From NCBI GenBank assembly GCA_037379345.1, contig CM074516.1:30479626-30543625 (forward strand): DNA of 64,000 nt, read 5' to 3'. Below, piece by piece: positions 35,201 through 50,200 of the stretch; the stretch's first letter is position 1; each line of letters starts with the position of its first letter. The position numbers were made by a program, and so were the translations under genes. This stretch comes from Perna viridis. Lineage: Eukaryota. Under the pieces are notes generated by a model. It did no database searches and had not been told where the DNA came from. It was given only the letters and a program-made list of their open reading frames with translations.

Positions 35201-38200
35201 CATTTAAAATATTGTCTGGTCTTTTTCAGATTTTTAGAGGTTGAGAGTAGTGGGAGAAAGGATGAGATTCGATTCCATTACACACATAACTACCAGATAC
35301 GTGTTGAGACATTCCCCTATAGACTTGCTGATGACCAGTGGCATAAACTAGCTCTTAGCTTATCAGGAACACATTTAACTTTATATGTGGACTGTGTTAA
35401 AATTTATTCTCGTGTGTTACAAACTTTGGACAGAGAGCCTCGTTCAGAAAAAGATATCAAATTGTACATTGGACAAAGGAGCCCTCGTCTTGCTTTTTTC
35501 AAGGTAGGTCTTTTGTTCTCAGTTACAAGAATATATATGTACTAAAAGTCAAAGGTGAATGGTCAAGGTCATAACATTTAAGCAATCTAATTAAAATTAG
35601 ACCAATTAATTCCTCTGTGTAGTTACTGCCAGTAAGATTTAACAGACCTCTATTATACTATTAATGTTCAGATGACTTTATTTTAGCCAATCAGATTTCA
35701 GCTTTCATGATTGTGAAAGCATTATTCAAAGTAAAAGAAATTAGGCTTTTGAATGAATCATCTAAACAGTAAGTTGAATAGAGTGTTGTTAGATCATACA
35801 TTCAGTGGCTGATTGAATTAACAAATAGATGTAATTCTAATTAGATTAACAAAAAACATTAGATAATATCTTCATGAGCTATTCCAATTTGTACCTTATT
35901 GAAGGAAATAGGATTCAAAGGCCCCCAAACCTATACTGAGAGTCTTAGTACAAAGAATTGGAAGGGAGATAATATGACTTGAAATATTTGTTTTGTTTGC
36001 TGGTGAAGGGCGTTTCCTCGGTGATCTGTGAGAAAACTCATTACTCTAGTACGAGTACCACACATTAGTAGTATTTCACTAAATCTTCAGATACCAGACC
36101 TATTTGACAGACAACTTTGCATCGGTGTTGTATTAGGGTAAATATGATGAAGAAGTCATTTCCGCCAGTTCATCACCATTAACAATTCCACTTTGTCAGA
36201 GAGTAATTAGAACCTTTATAATGTGGACAGGTTTACAAGGCATACCAGCCAGATCACAAATACCCTACATTCTCTTTAGACAAGATAGATTGGGAATTCA
36301 ATTGCCCTGTCCATGTCTCCATTCTCATAACAGATAGGACGGGGAGATCAAAAGGATGTCTAAGTGTTGATTATGCAATCAAAGTTTCTGAAAATAGGTT
36401 CACCAAAGTATTGTGTTTTTTTTGTAAGACATCACTAAGGCATGCAGACTTTAGTGCTTTTTTTATGTACTGCAGGTTTCTACGTGTAGTAAAAATCTGA
36501 AAGTTCATTAGTATTAAAACAGATATTTCAGGTACTCTCTGTAGTTTAGTCATTTACATGTGGGTGTTGAATTACTGTCTTTAAATATGTCTGTTATTCA
36601 TCTTTATGAGCTGTTGTGCATCATAGTCTTAAAAATAAATAATTGTCTATAACCTTTGAGTAAGATATTTTTGTAAGAGTACATGTACATGCAGTGGTAA
36701 TACTTAATCTTTAACTTAATGTATTTTGTAGGGTATACTTCTAAGTCTACATTTAGTGATCAATGTCCAGAAGTTTAACAATTAAAAGCCTTCTATTCCA
36801 CTAAATAGTTCAACTTTCACTGCTTCAGTATTGTCTGTACCACTACATTAAAGTTATCTATGTATAAATAGTAGAGGAAAAGTGCAGCCTCATGAAAGTG
36901 TCCATTAAACAACCTTAGCAGCCATATTTATACAAATTTAATAAACATGACCTTTACCTGTTGACACTGCAACAGAAAGACCACCATCTTTTTTTTCTTA
37001 ACCAGAGTGTTCTTCACCTTTCGAGGTTAAACCAGTGTCTTTCATCATTCAAAACTAAACAAGAGATTAAGTCCTATACCTTTTAATATTGATCTAGAGT
37101 CATTCACCTTTCAAAACTAAACTAAAAAGTCATGCAACTTTCTCCACTAAACCAGAGTACCCTTCAGCCTTCTGTGTTACTCTGGTTCCTTCATCTTACA
37201 AAAAGTAACCAGAAAGTTTTTCACCTTTCATTGTTAAGTGAGGAAGTCCCTCACCTTTCAGGACTGCCTTGCCTTTCAATACTGAATCAGAAAGTCCTTC
37301 ACCTTTCAATGTTAAGTGAGAAAGTCCCTCACCTTTCAGTACTGAACCAAAAAGTCCTTCACCTTTCAATATTGAATCAGAAAGTCCTTTTTCTTTCAAT
37401 GTTGAGTGAGAAAGTCCCTCACCTTTCAATACTGAACAAAAGAGTCTTACACCTTTCAGTATTAATTCAGAGTGTCTTTCACTTTCTATACTTAAAACAA
37501 GAGTGACATAAGTAATACACCATTTAATCTGTGGCCTAGCAATGATCATATTGTTAGTCCCTCTACATTTAATACAAAACCAGAAAATCCTTCATCTTTT
37601 AGTACTACTCCAGAATGCTCTTGGTATTTGAATATTAGTTAAAAAAAAAGACTTCAACTTTCAACATATAACCAAAGAAATGTTTTCCATTAATTTTGAA
37701 ATTAACAAGGAAGTCATTGACTTTTCAGTTAAACCCCTGATTATGAAGTTTTCAGTTTGAAGTATGTATACTACTATTTTGCATTCAGATTGTAAAAATA
37801 CAAAAATAAATTTCTCCTAAATTTTATGCTTAGTATTCAGATAGGAGATAGTTTTAATGGTGTAGTTATATGTTTGTATCTTTAATGTTCAATTCAGTAT
37901 GTTTGAAAGTTTGATAAGATCAAAATAGAGAATTGAGAAGTGAAATAAACTGAAGATGAATCCCCTGATTGTGTCTTGTCCAGCAGTGATAAGAGATGAA
38001 AGATGGTCAATGTTTGATGGATTTATTTTTATTTTGAGGTTATGACCTCATATTTCCAATCAAATACTTTTATCATCTAATTGAAATTTGTTTCAGCTGG
38101 CATTATGGTCAATTCTTAGTGTGGTTATGAGTCTAACATTTCTGCCTTATATTCTTTTTTTGTGAAAATGACCAGTAAACCAGTACCCAAAATACATCTA

Positions 38201-41200
38201 AGATACATCATTAATGCACCATCCTGGTGTACTACTCTCTTGGTAGTTTCAGGGCAGTAGGGTGATAATATGAATTATTCATGAATGATAATAGATATTC
38301 TTCAAGGATTTACATTTATCTTGGATCAGGGTTCTCAATAAGTTTTAAAGTAGGTGGAAGAAAATTAAAAGTAGGTGGCACCATTGAGGGCCCTCAGGCC
38401 TGAACTGAGAGCTGAATTGATTCTAAAACTTCCCACACATGGAATCTGTGATACAGAATCAGTACTGGGTTTGAAAAAAAAACAGATCACGTCCATTACA
38501 AAAGTGCCAAATTAACCACGATTAAAGTTTGTTTATTCCTACTGCCAATCACAACAAAAAAGAGGAAACTGATCTGCATTACAATAAACAACATGATCGA
38601 AGGTTTCTTACGCAATTTTTTATGTATGAAACTTGAAATAACCAAACATTTTTTTTTTAGCAATAAAATAGCCAGCGCCAATGTCAAAGTAGATGGCGAA
38701 AACACCAGTCGCCGGCACTTATTGAGAACACTGTTGATATCTACATTATCTATTGTTTCTTCATCATACAACATTAGTGAATGGACAGGGATCCAGTTGT
38801 TATTAGGCTATACTTTGTTTTTTGAAATTTTTGCCATGCACTATTTTTTTACTGGAAAATGGGACTTGGTTGTGTTTGAAATGAATATGCTCACATTTTG
38901 AATTTATATGTTACTGAAATTTGTTTCCTCTCGATATAAAGTTCAAAACACATTTGGTCTCATCATCGGAAAACTATGATTGATAAACCATTGCCTACAT
39001 CATGATATAGGAAGGTAATGCTACATAATCAACCATTGGTTTCCAGTGATGATTTGGTATATATGGGGAATTTTAAATGATTGCAAATATATTTTGTTCA
39101 ATTCTTTATGTTACCAATTCAGCTAATTCTGGTTATTTAAGTTCCTCAATACTTCCCTGTCATCACTTGTGAAATTTAATCTCTAGTTAGAAATAAAAAT
39201 TTTTAATTTAAACAGTTGAGGATCTTCTACCTATGTTGAAGAAGTTCTTCTCCTACCTATGTGCACCAATCAAAACATTTTGCTTAAGTGGCAAAATATT
39301 ATGTATAAGTTACATGTATCACAGATCATTGGAATCCCCCCAATTGTTTTCTTTGTGTGGCAATTCTTACCATTCAGTGGAAAGTTGATGTGAAAAGGTC
39401 AAGAGATTGTCACATCTTGCCCATATTTCCATACTTTGATATAAAGATCTAAGACAGCCCAAGTGGTAAACACAGACAAACAAATTGGTTTATTCAGTTT
39501 ACAGACAGAATCCCATTATGTAAGAGAGTTAGAGATGTCATTACATTTTTCTTGTGACATCACTATATTAATTGCATAACACAGAAATAGTTTCGATGTT
39601 ATGCCAAAAAACTCATTATTTCAATGGTCTAAAATAATCATATTCATGTACATCCCTATACAAGCACTAAACCAGGTTAATTGTAATAAGGGACATAAAT
39701 AGTAGGTATTAATTCCAATTTTTACCTGACAGTGAACACCTTTGCAGACATATAATGGTACATGTATATGCTGTCGTCAACTGTTGCTTCGTTGTTGTCC
39801 ATAGAAACTTGGTGTTGTTATAATAACTTGAGTACATGTATTGGTAGATTTTGATAAAATTTGATCAAGAGTACCATACCACAAAAGTCATACATGGATA
39901 GATCTGAGAGGGTATGTGTATAATACAATGTATATTGTATTTTCAGAATTAGGTCATTTGATAAATTTTAATCCCTATTTCTTGCCCAATTTCTAAGGGG
40001 TTTAATTCATAGGTTTTGGTTCTTTGATATACTGAATTCAACTGTGTATTTAAGGAGGTAGACCTAGGGTAAGGGACATTAACTCATGAATTCAGTGATA
40101 TGTTTGTATCACATTCAATTTCACTAAAGTCTTTCAAGCTTTCATTTGAAACAGAATGAAATCAGACCAAGTTACTTTGATGCTTACATGAGATTGATGT
40201 AAAATGCTGAATGCAAACGTTCCAATGGTTTGTATGAGTTGTGTCCCTAACCCTAGGTCTGCCTCCTTAAACTTTTGAAATTTCCTTATTTAAGGTAAAA
40301 ATCAAATATCAAATTCTTAAGTTTCTATAACAACCTGAACCAATGTTACAAATGCTATTAATTTGTCCCATTATAAGTCCAGTGTTGTATCAAGCTTAAG
40401 TATTGTGCCCATACTTGCCAAAACTCTTCTGACCTTGACTTCTGCAATTATAATAAGCTAAAACAGTTTATTAAATATTATGGGTATTGAACTTACAAGT
40501 AATACCAGTACATGTTATCACTGATTAATTATAATGTTAATTTTCTTATAAATCTTAGCATTTCATGTCATTTAATGATGAATTGTTGTATTAAGCTATG
40601 GAATGCTGTCTATCTGGCTTATATCCCATACTCATCTCATCCTATACCTTGTTTTCTGGCAATTTTCAGTCATTAAGATTGCTATTAAGTCATAGGAAAT
40701 GCTCTATATTTCTTTAAAAAAACATTGTAATTGTATTGTCATTATCTTGAGCCAAGAAATTTCAGATCTATCTGCCTATTCATGAAGTGAGAGAAGTACA
40801 AGCAGGAATTACACTTGATATTAAGTAATTTGTCAGATCTATATCGAGACACATAAAGTCAGAAAGATCGTAAATGTTATGACATTTTTTTTACCGGTTA
40901 TCCTTTGATGCTCCGTTACGTTGCTAATACATTTTTAAGATGTTTTTTGTCTGCGCCATTAATTCTATCTAATTACACATTAGGTAACAAAAGATGTAAT
41001 AATTCAATAACTAAGGAAATTAGCGCCAAGACCTACCTGCTTGCTATAATGGGCCGTCTTGGTTTGGCTAATTACCTGATTATCAAGTTGTAGCTGTGGT
41101 TTCTAGACAGATCTCTGTGGTTTGTAGACAGAAGAAGTTGCACCCAAGGGATCCTTACTTGTACCTGACCACACAGCAATTAGATATTTTTAGGGATCTT

Positions 41201-44200
41201 TTTTTCTAGGTCATTTGGTTATATTGAGGCTCACAGTGTTATTTTAATGAATATTTACTGGAGTGCTATTATTCATATATTTTTATATATACAAACAAGC
41301 AAGTATAATCATAAAATGATTGAACACTGGGAAACTGGATGTGTATAGATTTAACATTTTTTTAGATTTATAAATATCAGATATACAGGTTTTACCATTG
41401 AAGATATTTTCATGATATGCCCATAATGTAACTACTGATATTTAGATTTACCTGGTAGTCTTTTTGAAATTCACTAAAATACTTACTGGACTAGCAAAAG
41501 CATATACTTACCCTTCTGTCTGATTATCTGTCTGTCTGTCCATGTACTCTGGTCAACAATGTTTTGTCACACTTATCTCAGCCATCTGTTACACTAATCT
41601 TTTGCTATTAGGCAAGGAAGCTTAATGGATGTTATATTCCGTGGCTCATTTTTTGATTGATTTCAAAATTCAATGAATAAAATATGATTTCAAAATTTAA
41701 TGAATAAAATAGAAGTGTTGTTTAATGATATAGCAATTTCTCTCATTTAGAACCCCATCCATGAGCCAATAAGTTCTGGATATGTCATTACATCTGTATT
41801 GACTAGATATTCAAGTACAGAGGACATATATCTCATCTACCTGTGACGTATCATCCACCCACACAGAGATCAAACAGTTCAAAATTTTGCTGATCTTGCT
41901 AACTTACCAATTGTAGCATCTTTTTAACAGATTGGCACTAAGTAATTCAAGTGATTTGCCTCAGTTTCATATTGTATTGTACAGTGACATTGATATTAAA
42001 ATAATCACTATTTAAAGAGTCTGTATATGCTTCCAACTTCAGATATTAGAAAATTTTGCACTCTTTTACATTATGGAATTTCAAGGAAAATTAATCTCTT
42101 GAAAACGAAAATGCCCAAAATCTTTATATTGAATGATTCTGTAATTCAAATACTGTAAATGTATTTGTTTTTGCTGTATAATAGTACCCGTGAATATGTT
42201 CACTTGACAGAATCCGGGATAATTAGCTACTACTGAAATTAATACATTGACAGTATGCTATCATGTACAAATGCTTCTTATAATAGTAAAAACATTGAAT
42301 TGTATGGCAATGACAACAGCATTATGGGTAATGAGGAAGTAAGTATATGGATTGATAGAAATCATTTTTGTAATATTACAACAGCTGAGGAATAGCTATA
42401 GATATCTGAAAAATACAAACTTAATGACATTCTGCATTTGAAACTGACATTGGTTGAACTAAGCACAAAATGAACAGCCTTTAGAATTTTGCTTAGTTTT
42501 GTATAATTTTCATCAAATAAGATTAAAGTTTTCTAAAAGATTCCAAACTTGAGATTATCCTGTAAACTTTTAAACCTTATTTCTTTGGAATTACATGTAC
42601 TTTTAGAGTGAAGCTGTTCTTCTTACATCAAAAGCAAGACTAATTGAGGAAACACCTACAGAACAATTATTGAAATATATTGTATCAACTCTCAGAATCA
42701 TTTTTCAGTAATGACCAATAAAATTAGCTGAATTCTTTGAACATATCTTTTGTGTTTTATCAGATCATAGATATTAGTGGTTCAGTTTAATCTCACCCTA
42801 GTGTTTTAGTATTAATTTTGAATGTGTAAATTGAAGTTTTGAACAAATTCCAGATAGTTCATACCAGGAATTTAATGGTTTTGGTACTATGGTATCACTC
42901 AACATAGGTTGTTCCAAATTGAGAAAGAGAGAGAAGTTCAAGGCTTCTTTCTATAGTACAATCGGCAGACAACATGAAAGGGTCTATGTCCATTCACATC
43001 TGTAAAGTACTGCTAATTTGTTTAGATATTTGTTCATTGTATTCTGTTTGATTTGGCTGGTCACCAATTAGGATGTATCTATAGTATCTATGGTCAGGCT
43101 AAGTTAATAGCTACCATACCTTGCTCTGGTCATCTTAAATAGGTCTGTGTTCTGAAGGATGATAACCTTTACCATTGAATACATATGGTTAGCAGTAAAG
43201 AAATGTTTGAATCTCTGTGTTTTTCAAGTTCTGCCCCAAAATGACTATGCACTCAACTTTCTTGTTGTACATGTATCTTGCCCCAATTGTAAATAGGGTT
43301 TAACTTTAGTCTTTTCTTCTATCCCCTCCTCATACAATTTTGGTTCCATTTTACTGAGATTTTTTCATGCTGACTTACAAAAACCTGACTTCCTGTTTGA
43401 TGACCTTGATAAAATTTGATGTCTTTACTGCCATATCTTTTGCAACCTTTTTGCTCTTGTATCACTTCCATATCAGAGATCATTGTCTCCTAAGCAGTTT
43501 CCTTTCTTGACATATGTATTATGGTACACTGCTACTTGTTTGTCTGTCTGTCAACATATTATACAATGATTTAAATATTATTAAAGGGATTTTAAATAAA
43601 ATGATAGAATGTATGTCTTGTTGTAGGATGCTTTATATTTTTCTCAATGAATATCACTCTTTTACATAGACTTGAAATGCCAAACTTGAGGGAGAGGTCA
43701 TGTCAGTTGTTTATAAGTTATCTTTCCCATCATACTCTTATTATCTTGTGCAACTGAACACTCACAGCCAATATTTGAAAAAGGAGATTTGAAATACATA
43801 CTCACTGTCATATCAGAAATTCTGGCCATAAGTTAGTAGAGTCTTGCATGATTCTTTTTAGGAAATACCTTAGTTTCATATCTAATTTTATATTTCTTTC
43901 ATTTCAGGGAGCTATACAAGATGTGAAGATAGTCACACAGCCTGATGGCCATCTTGATCAGTGTCCAAACTCAGATACAGGTATACTTGTTTGCAATTCA
44001 TAACAGAGATTAAGTACTGAAGGAAGATTCATAAGTCTTGTCCTTCAAGTAAACTTGTAAGATTGACAGTTTAATTTGTATTCAGTTGCACTGCTGTCTT
44101 TATTATCTGGCAGTCAATTATATTGTTATGGTGGTATTCAGATTTAGATACAAGAAAAAAACAAGAAAAAAGCAAAAACAATACTGATACAGATACTGAT

Positions 44201-47200
44201 ATAGATATTATACATATCAATTAATTTCGAAAATGCAAATTTTATTTTGTATTTTATTTCCAGTTTGCCCTACATGTTCACAATTCCAAGCAATGGAGCA
44301 ACAAGTTAGAAATATATATTCCATGTACCATAATCTTTCCATAGAGGTATGTAAATAATCAAAATACAGAGGTCAAGGGTTCAAAATTCTCGCTTGACCT
44401 TACAAATATTTTACTAATTCCATGTAAAATATAAAAAAAACAAGAAAATTTTCTATCAAAATACTGATATCCATTACTTTAAAATCTGCAGCACTTCCAA
44501 ATGATAATGTGGTATGGTTTACCTTACAAGCAGAAAAAATGTGTAATAACTGAACTGTACAAGCCATATTTGGTTAATAAGTTTATTGCATGGTTGTTAA
44601 AAATAGGAGAAAAAAAAACATTCAAAAACCTAAGAAACAGTCTCATATTTTCATAAAACCTTTAAAAAAAAAGCAGTCATAATATTGTCAGTGTTGTGGA
44701 AATCTTCATTGTCAATAGGAACTTGACATCAGGACAATAACATGATAGAAAGTAAAAGGATATATTTGAAGTTGCACCTTCAGGTGCTATACCGCAAAAG
44801 GAAGGACAGGATTGATTGTGGAAAATTTATGAACAAGGAGCCAAAATGGTCACTTTTATTTTGGTCAGATTCTTATCCTGTGCCAAACAATATGATTACA
44901 ATCCAAATTTAAAGCTGTATCAAGGTTGAATGGTGTGTGTATACTTGCCTTCGTTGTTAAAGGGTTCCACCTCTGAAGTGGTATTAAGTTACGACCTGCA
45001 AAACATTTTATTCTTATAAGGGAAACTATTTTCTATGCATGTTTTTTTTTCATTTAAACAGTATAGATAATAATCTAGATACCCAATTAAATTCCATTCT
45101 TGTTAACAACTCAGTGTAAAAAAACTATTAGTGATTACCTCATCTTTCAATTATTGAAATTATTATGCAACAATTCTTCTAAAAACTCAAGCAAAATTGA
45201 TTGTCTCTTACTTTAAAGTTGATCTGATTTATAACCTTGTAGATTTTTATCTACAGAGGTGAGTAAACTAGATAAATTAGTTACTCTTTTCAACACTTCC
45301 GTGTAAAATCAATAAGATCACCATTGTTGAAAAGTAAAGAAAAAAATCATTGATATCAGAAACTGAGTGTTACAAAAGATTTTCAACTTGAGAGTTTGCA
45401 TTGTTTTTTTAATCTTTTTTGTCTCTGCATGGAAGAGGTTGCAGTTGTTTAAACAAATCTTTGGATAATATTTCTAACTGAAAAATAGGTTTGGCATTTT
45501 TTTCAAAATAAACTCAAAATTTTTGGGTGTTATTTTGATATTTTGAGAATTTTCAACAATACAGGAATATTAAGTCTTGAAGGACATATGACCAACAGGA
45601 TCCATGAATTCCTCCAAGTCTTTTTAATGTATGGACTGGTCATAGATGATGATGTCTGGGTACATTTAAGGGGCAAGGGATGTGACACTAACTGTAATGA
45701 CTATGTTACATGTTCTCAATATTTGCTTAACTTTCAGCTTCAGCGAGCAAAACAAAGGATAGCAGAATTAGAGCAGTGTGAATGTCGGAGAAGTTGTCAA
45801 AATAATGGTACACTTAAGAAAGAGGGTGAAGTGTGGCATCCGAACCCCTGTACTACCTGTGTTTGTAAAGTAAGACAGCATCATTAGTCATCATTTGATT
45901 ATTTATAGAGAACTAAGCCCTCATGATGGGTAATATATTTGAATTGAACCTATAACCTTAAAACCACTGAGGGGCTGATTTTATTGTCAGGAATTGATCT
46001 GCTTAAAATACCACATAGTGCAGATACAAAAGTTGTGACTATGGGACAGTTTGGCCCATAGACAAGTTGTCGCTAGTCTACTAGGACTTCACACAATTAA
46101 GTTTAAATCATTACATATCTATCTAGCTAAAACAATGTCCTCTTACTGGATACACCTACCTCAAATTAAAAATTTGTGAAAATGACTTCATTGTATGGTG
46201 TCTTTAAAGGAGCTTTTAGACTACCATTTAGATTATCGATCTTCTGATATTCAGGAACACTGGAAACCAATTTAAGTAGAGCAATTTTTTGTTTCCTTTT
46301 TGTGAGGATAAAGAAGTCCTAATTTATAGTCATTGACACAAATTTATTTGTTGACGTTGAAAGTTATGCAAGGATTATATTTTCACAAAAACAATGTTTT
46401 GTAACCCAGAATTTAGCTCCAAATACAAGCTGTTCCCATAAAATTTGTAATGGGCACTATTTTAAATGAATCAATATTCCACCTTACCAAAAGCAATTTT
46501 GGCTTTTCCTCGTTGCATGTTAGATTCAATTTTTCCCCTTATCATCAACAAGAATGGTGGGTAAGGAGTCTGTTTGGAAAAATTATGACAAAATTACTGG
46601 TCACATTGATATAGTCTTCACTGAGTAACAGCAGGGTGGACAAGTTTGATTCCTCAAATTGTCAATCTTGTATTTGCATCTCTGTAAATAGATGAGGATC
46701 TTATATTAGTACGAGGTCCCAATTCACTCATGATAAACAATTTAATATCAATTACTCAGTGTCAAATAAATATTACTCATGAAGTACTAGACCATGAGAT
46801 TTGATACTTGTGATAAGTATCTGTGTGGGTAGTATCATTGCTCTTGTCAGTACAATGTAGGCCACTAATTATATAATTGTGTTAATTTAGCACACTCCTC
46901 AGTGCTTTTCTTATATATTGATTCATCTTTGAGGTACTTGTTTAGCCATTTAGATTGATTTGTACTGTCAATATAAGATATTTGTACCTCTGTTTTGTGG
47001 TCACAGTACATTTTGTAACTGATATTATCAGTTCTTATATGTGGAGGCAGAGTGTATTGCTTTCATCATTATGCATATCATTGATGACCTCTGTAACCTC
47101 TACCTTTTACCACGTATTTGGAGTGTGTTTTGTGGTTGTTGTCACTATGCTGTAGGGTAGACATTCTTTGATTTGTTCAAGGCTATCAAGGACTTTGTGA

Positions 47201-50200
47201 AGTTTAATTTATAACTTATTTGATAAAAGGAAGAAAGCTAAAAGCATATTTGATTTTTGCAAAATTTGTGGTCCAAATGGGAAATTCTCATGCCTTATGA
47301 ACTTGATTTTGGCAGATGAAACTCCTCTACAGGCCAAAACTGTTATAAACAAAGATTACTCACAAACTAGTAAGGGTTTTTAGTATTTGATGAAGGTTAA
47401 CAAGTGCAAAAAAAGACAAAAAACCGTAAACATAACCTGTGGAAAATTTATACTTTAATACACTCCTTTGCATAAGGAAATGTGACTGAGTTAGAACACA
47501 CTAAGGCAGCATGCTCTACTGTCCCCTAACATTCAAGGTTTTGTTGAAACCTTATAAATAGAGTACTGTCCCAATAGCATTCAAGACGTTTTGCAACCTC
47601 ACATACAGTCACTGAACACACTTCACTGCCCCTATACCATGCATCGAGTTCCAGCAAACTTACATACAGTTTCTACAGTAAGAGTTGGGAAATCTTACAT
47701 ATAGTGCCTGAACAAGGAGTTTGCAGTCTCAAAATACATTCTAGTTTCAAGGAGTTGTTACAACCTTACATCCAGAGTTTGAAGATACTCTAACATCAAG
47801 GAATTGTTGTAATCTTGTAACTGACTCAGAATACACTGTAGCCCCAAGGAGTTGTTACAACCTTACATGCAGAGTTTGATAATACTGTAGCATGGAATTG
47901 TTGTAATCTCACACACTGACTCAGAATACAATGTAGCCACAAGGAGTTACTGCAACCTTACATGCAAAGTTTGAAGACACTAGTTTGACAGAGATATTGA
48001 TTAGAGAATCAGATTAGTAATAATATAGTCTACTTTGGTTTGCTCTGATTAGATGCAGCCTTAGAAACATTTCTGTAATTTCAGGATGCACTTTATGACT
48101 GGAGAGAAACAGAAAATTAAAATCTGCATTTATGTTTAGTTTGGCTAACTGCCTGACCACCTCTCATTATTTTTGTTTCAAAACAGCTTTCCAGTGATTT
48201 ATTTTGCCATAACTAACAAATTGTTTTCACTTAGTTGTTTTTTTTACAATAAAACATCTATCATGGTGGTAAGGTCAAGCCTTCTCAGCCAGCTGAAGAA
48301 TCATTAACTCATTATCTCCTCATCTATGTCCATCCTATAGTTAGAAGATCAGGTTTTTGAAGTTTTAATTTCCCCCAAGCTTTCCTGGTACTTTCCCATA
48401 TATCATTCATGGCCAACATTGAGTCTGAAACTTTTATAATATGTGATAATTGATGACCATCTGAAACATGCTTATACAACTGTTGTTGATCTTTTGATCT
48501 TGGAGGTTTAGTATATTGTTATGATTTACCCCCCTTTATTCTTTGTTCCAAATCAAAGCATTGTAAGACATGATAAACATAACAGACAACTATCATCAGC
48601 TATCATTCACACTGGTGAAAAAAAAACAAGATAGCTTCAATTGAGATTAGGTATTAGACTACTCCAGCAATGCTAGATGTTGTCTGGCAAGCTATTTTCT
48701 GACTTGGTGTGGAGTATGGAGGGACAGAATTCCAACCTCTTACATTACAGGAGTTGTATTAGACTTAAAATATGGATACTGTTACAAAATGATATCAGAA
48801 TTATTAGTTGTTGAAGTCTGGCTGTATCTTTTTGATTGTTACTATCAAATTATCAGTCCAGACATTAATTTTAGTTCTTTTTATGCCAATTTATTTTTTT
48901 TTTAATTTTTACAGTTGACTATTACAAATTGTCAGTCAAGGTATTCATTCATTCATATATTTTTTTATATAATCTCTTGAGTTTTTGCCTTGTTATAAAC
49001 TACATGATATTGTATAGAATTTATGACAGTGTGATTAATGGAGGTTATTTTATGATTGTAGAATGGATCGTCAGTTTGTAGACAATTTGATTGTCACCCA
49101 GTTGGTTGTGAAAAGCCTGTATTTAGAGATGGTGAATGCTGTCCTGTTTGTATAAGTAAGTATTTATATGAGTATACATTTGAAATATAGGAGAATATGC
49201 CAATAGAAAATCCTCTTTTGTCCGATTTTTTTTTTTTTCATGCTTTTTCAAGCAATTTATCTTGGATAATGTACTGCTCTACTTATGCTTTAAATTTTGT
49301 TAAATAAAAATTTCACTGTTATAGAAATCAATTATGAAGCCTTCCCCTTTATTCTTTGCTTGGTATATATTTGGTTTGAATTTTCTCTTTTTTATAGAAC
49401 ATCATTAGAATATAGTTATAAAGTTATAGTTAGAATATAGTTATTAAGAGTTTATTAAAGGGAGGGTCCCAGTATATTCAAATTTAAACTAAGATCACAC
49501 TTTCTCTAATTTATTACAGTGACATTGGGTACTTGAAGCCAAACTGGTTTCGTGACATGTAAATCTAATGCCGAATACACTTGGATTAAATAACACTCTT
49601 TTATTTGATGAAATACTGCATTTTTTCACTGAGCATTACAACCACATAGGTTTCATAAAAATTTTGAACTTCAGTACACAAATGCTATTTCTTAGAACAT
49701 TATTAGTGTTTTCTTACAGAAATAAGAAAGCTTTTCATGTTTGACATATTAATTGTGTTTAGAGTTTACTAGGCTACACAAACAGAAAGAAATTGTTTTG
49801 ACATATCATGCCAGAGTGTTAATATATTAGAAAGATTTCAGTAATCTTGACAAGATTTCATACAACTATTGGATACAGAGATCTTACAAATATTTACAGG
49901 AGAACCCCGGGTCATTCACTCTTTGGAGTGCTTAGTTCTTTCCATATTGTACATTGATAGTCAGTACCTGTTAGGAGTTGTGTACTAAAAAAGTTGATGC
50001 TTTGTAAAATTGGGTTGATCAAAATTTAAGAATTTAAATCATTAATTGAAATGATGCATCAGAATACATCAAAGAAGTGTAATTTGTAACAAACCTTTAA
50101 GTATTTCCATTAAATTCTCCAATTTGCATTAATCAAAATATTTATAAGGCTGCAACACATTAAATTGACAAAACTGCAGTTAATTATTTTTCCATCTGTC

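Noticed and set aside
37132-37549. Overlapping ORFs on both strands with 10-aa repeats
   Set aside because: By-product of a 30-bp minisatellite; not needed by the NELL model.
38496-38901. Overlapping ORFs of 92 and 102 aa
   Set aside because: Overlap a TIR element; no transposase or other motifs.
45543-45737. N-terminal part of ORF 45543-45887
   Set aside because: Intronic read-through; NELL similarity starts at the acceptor at 45738.
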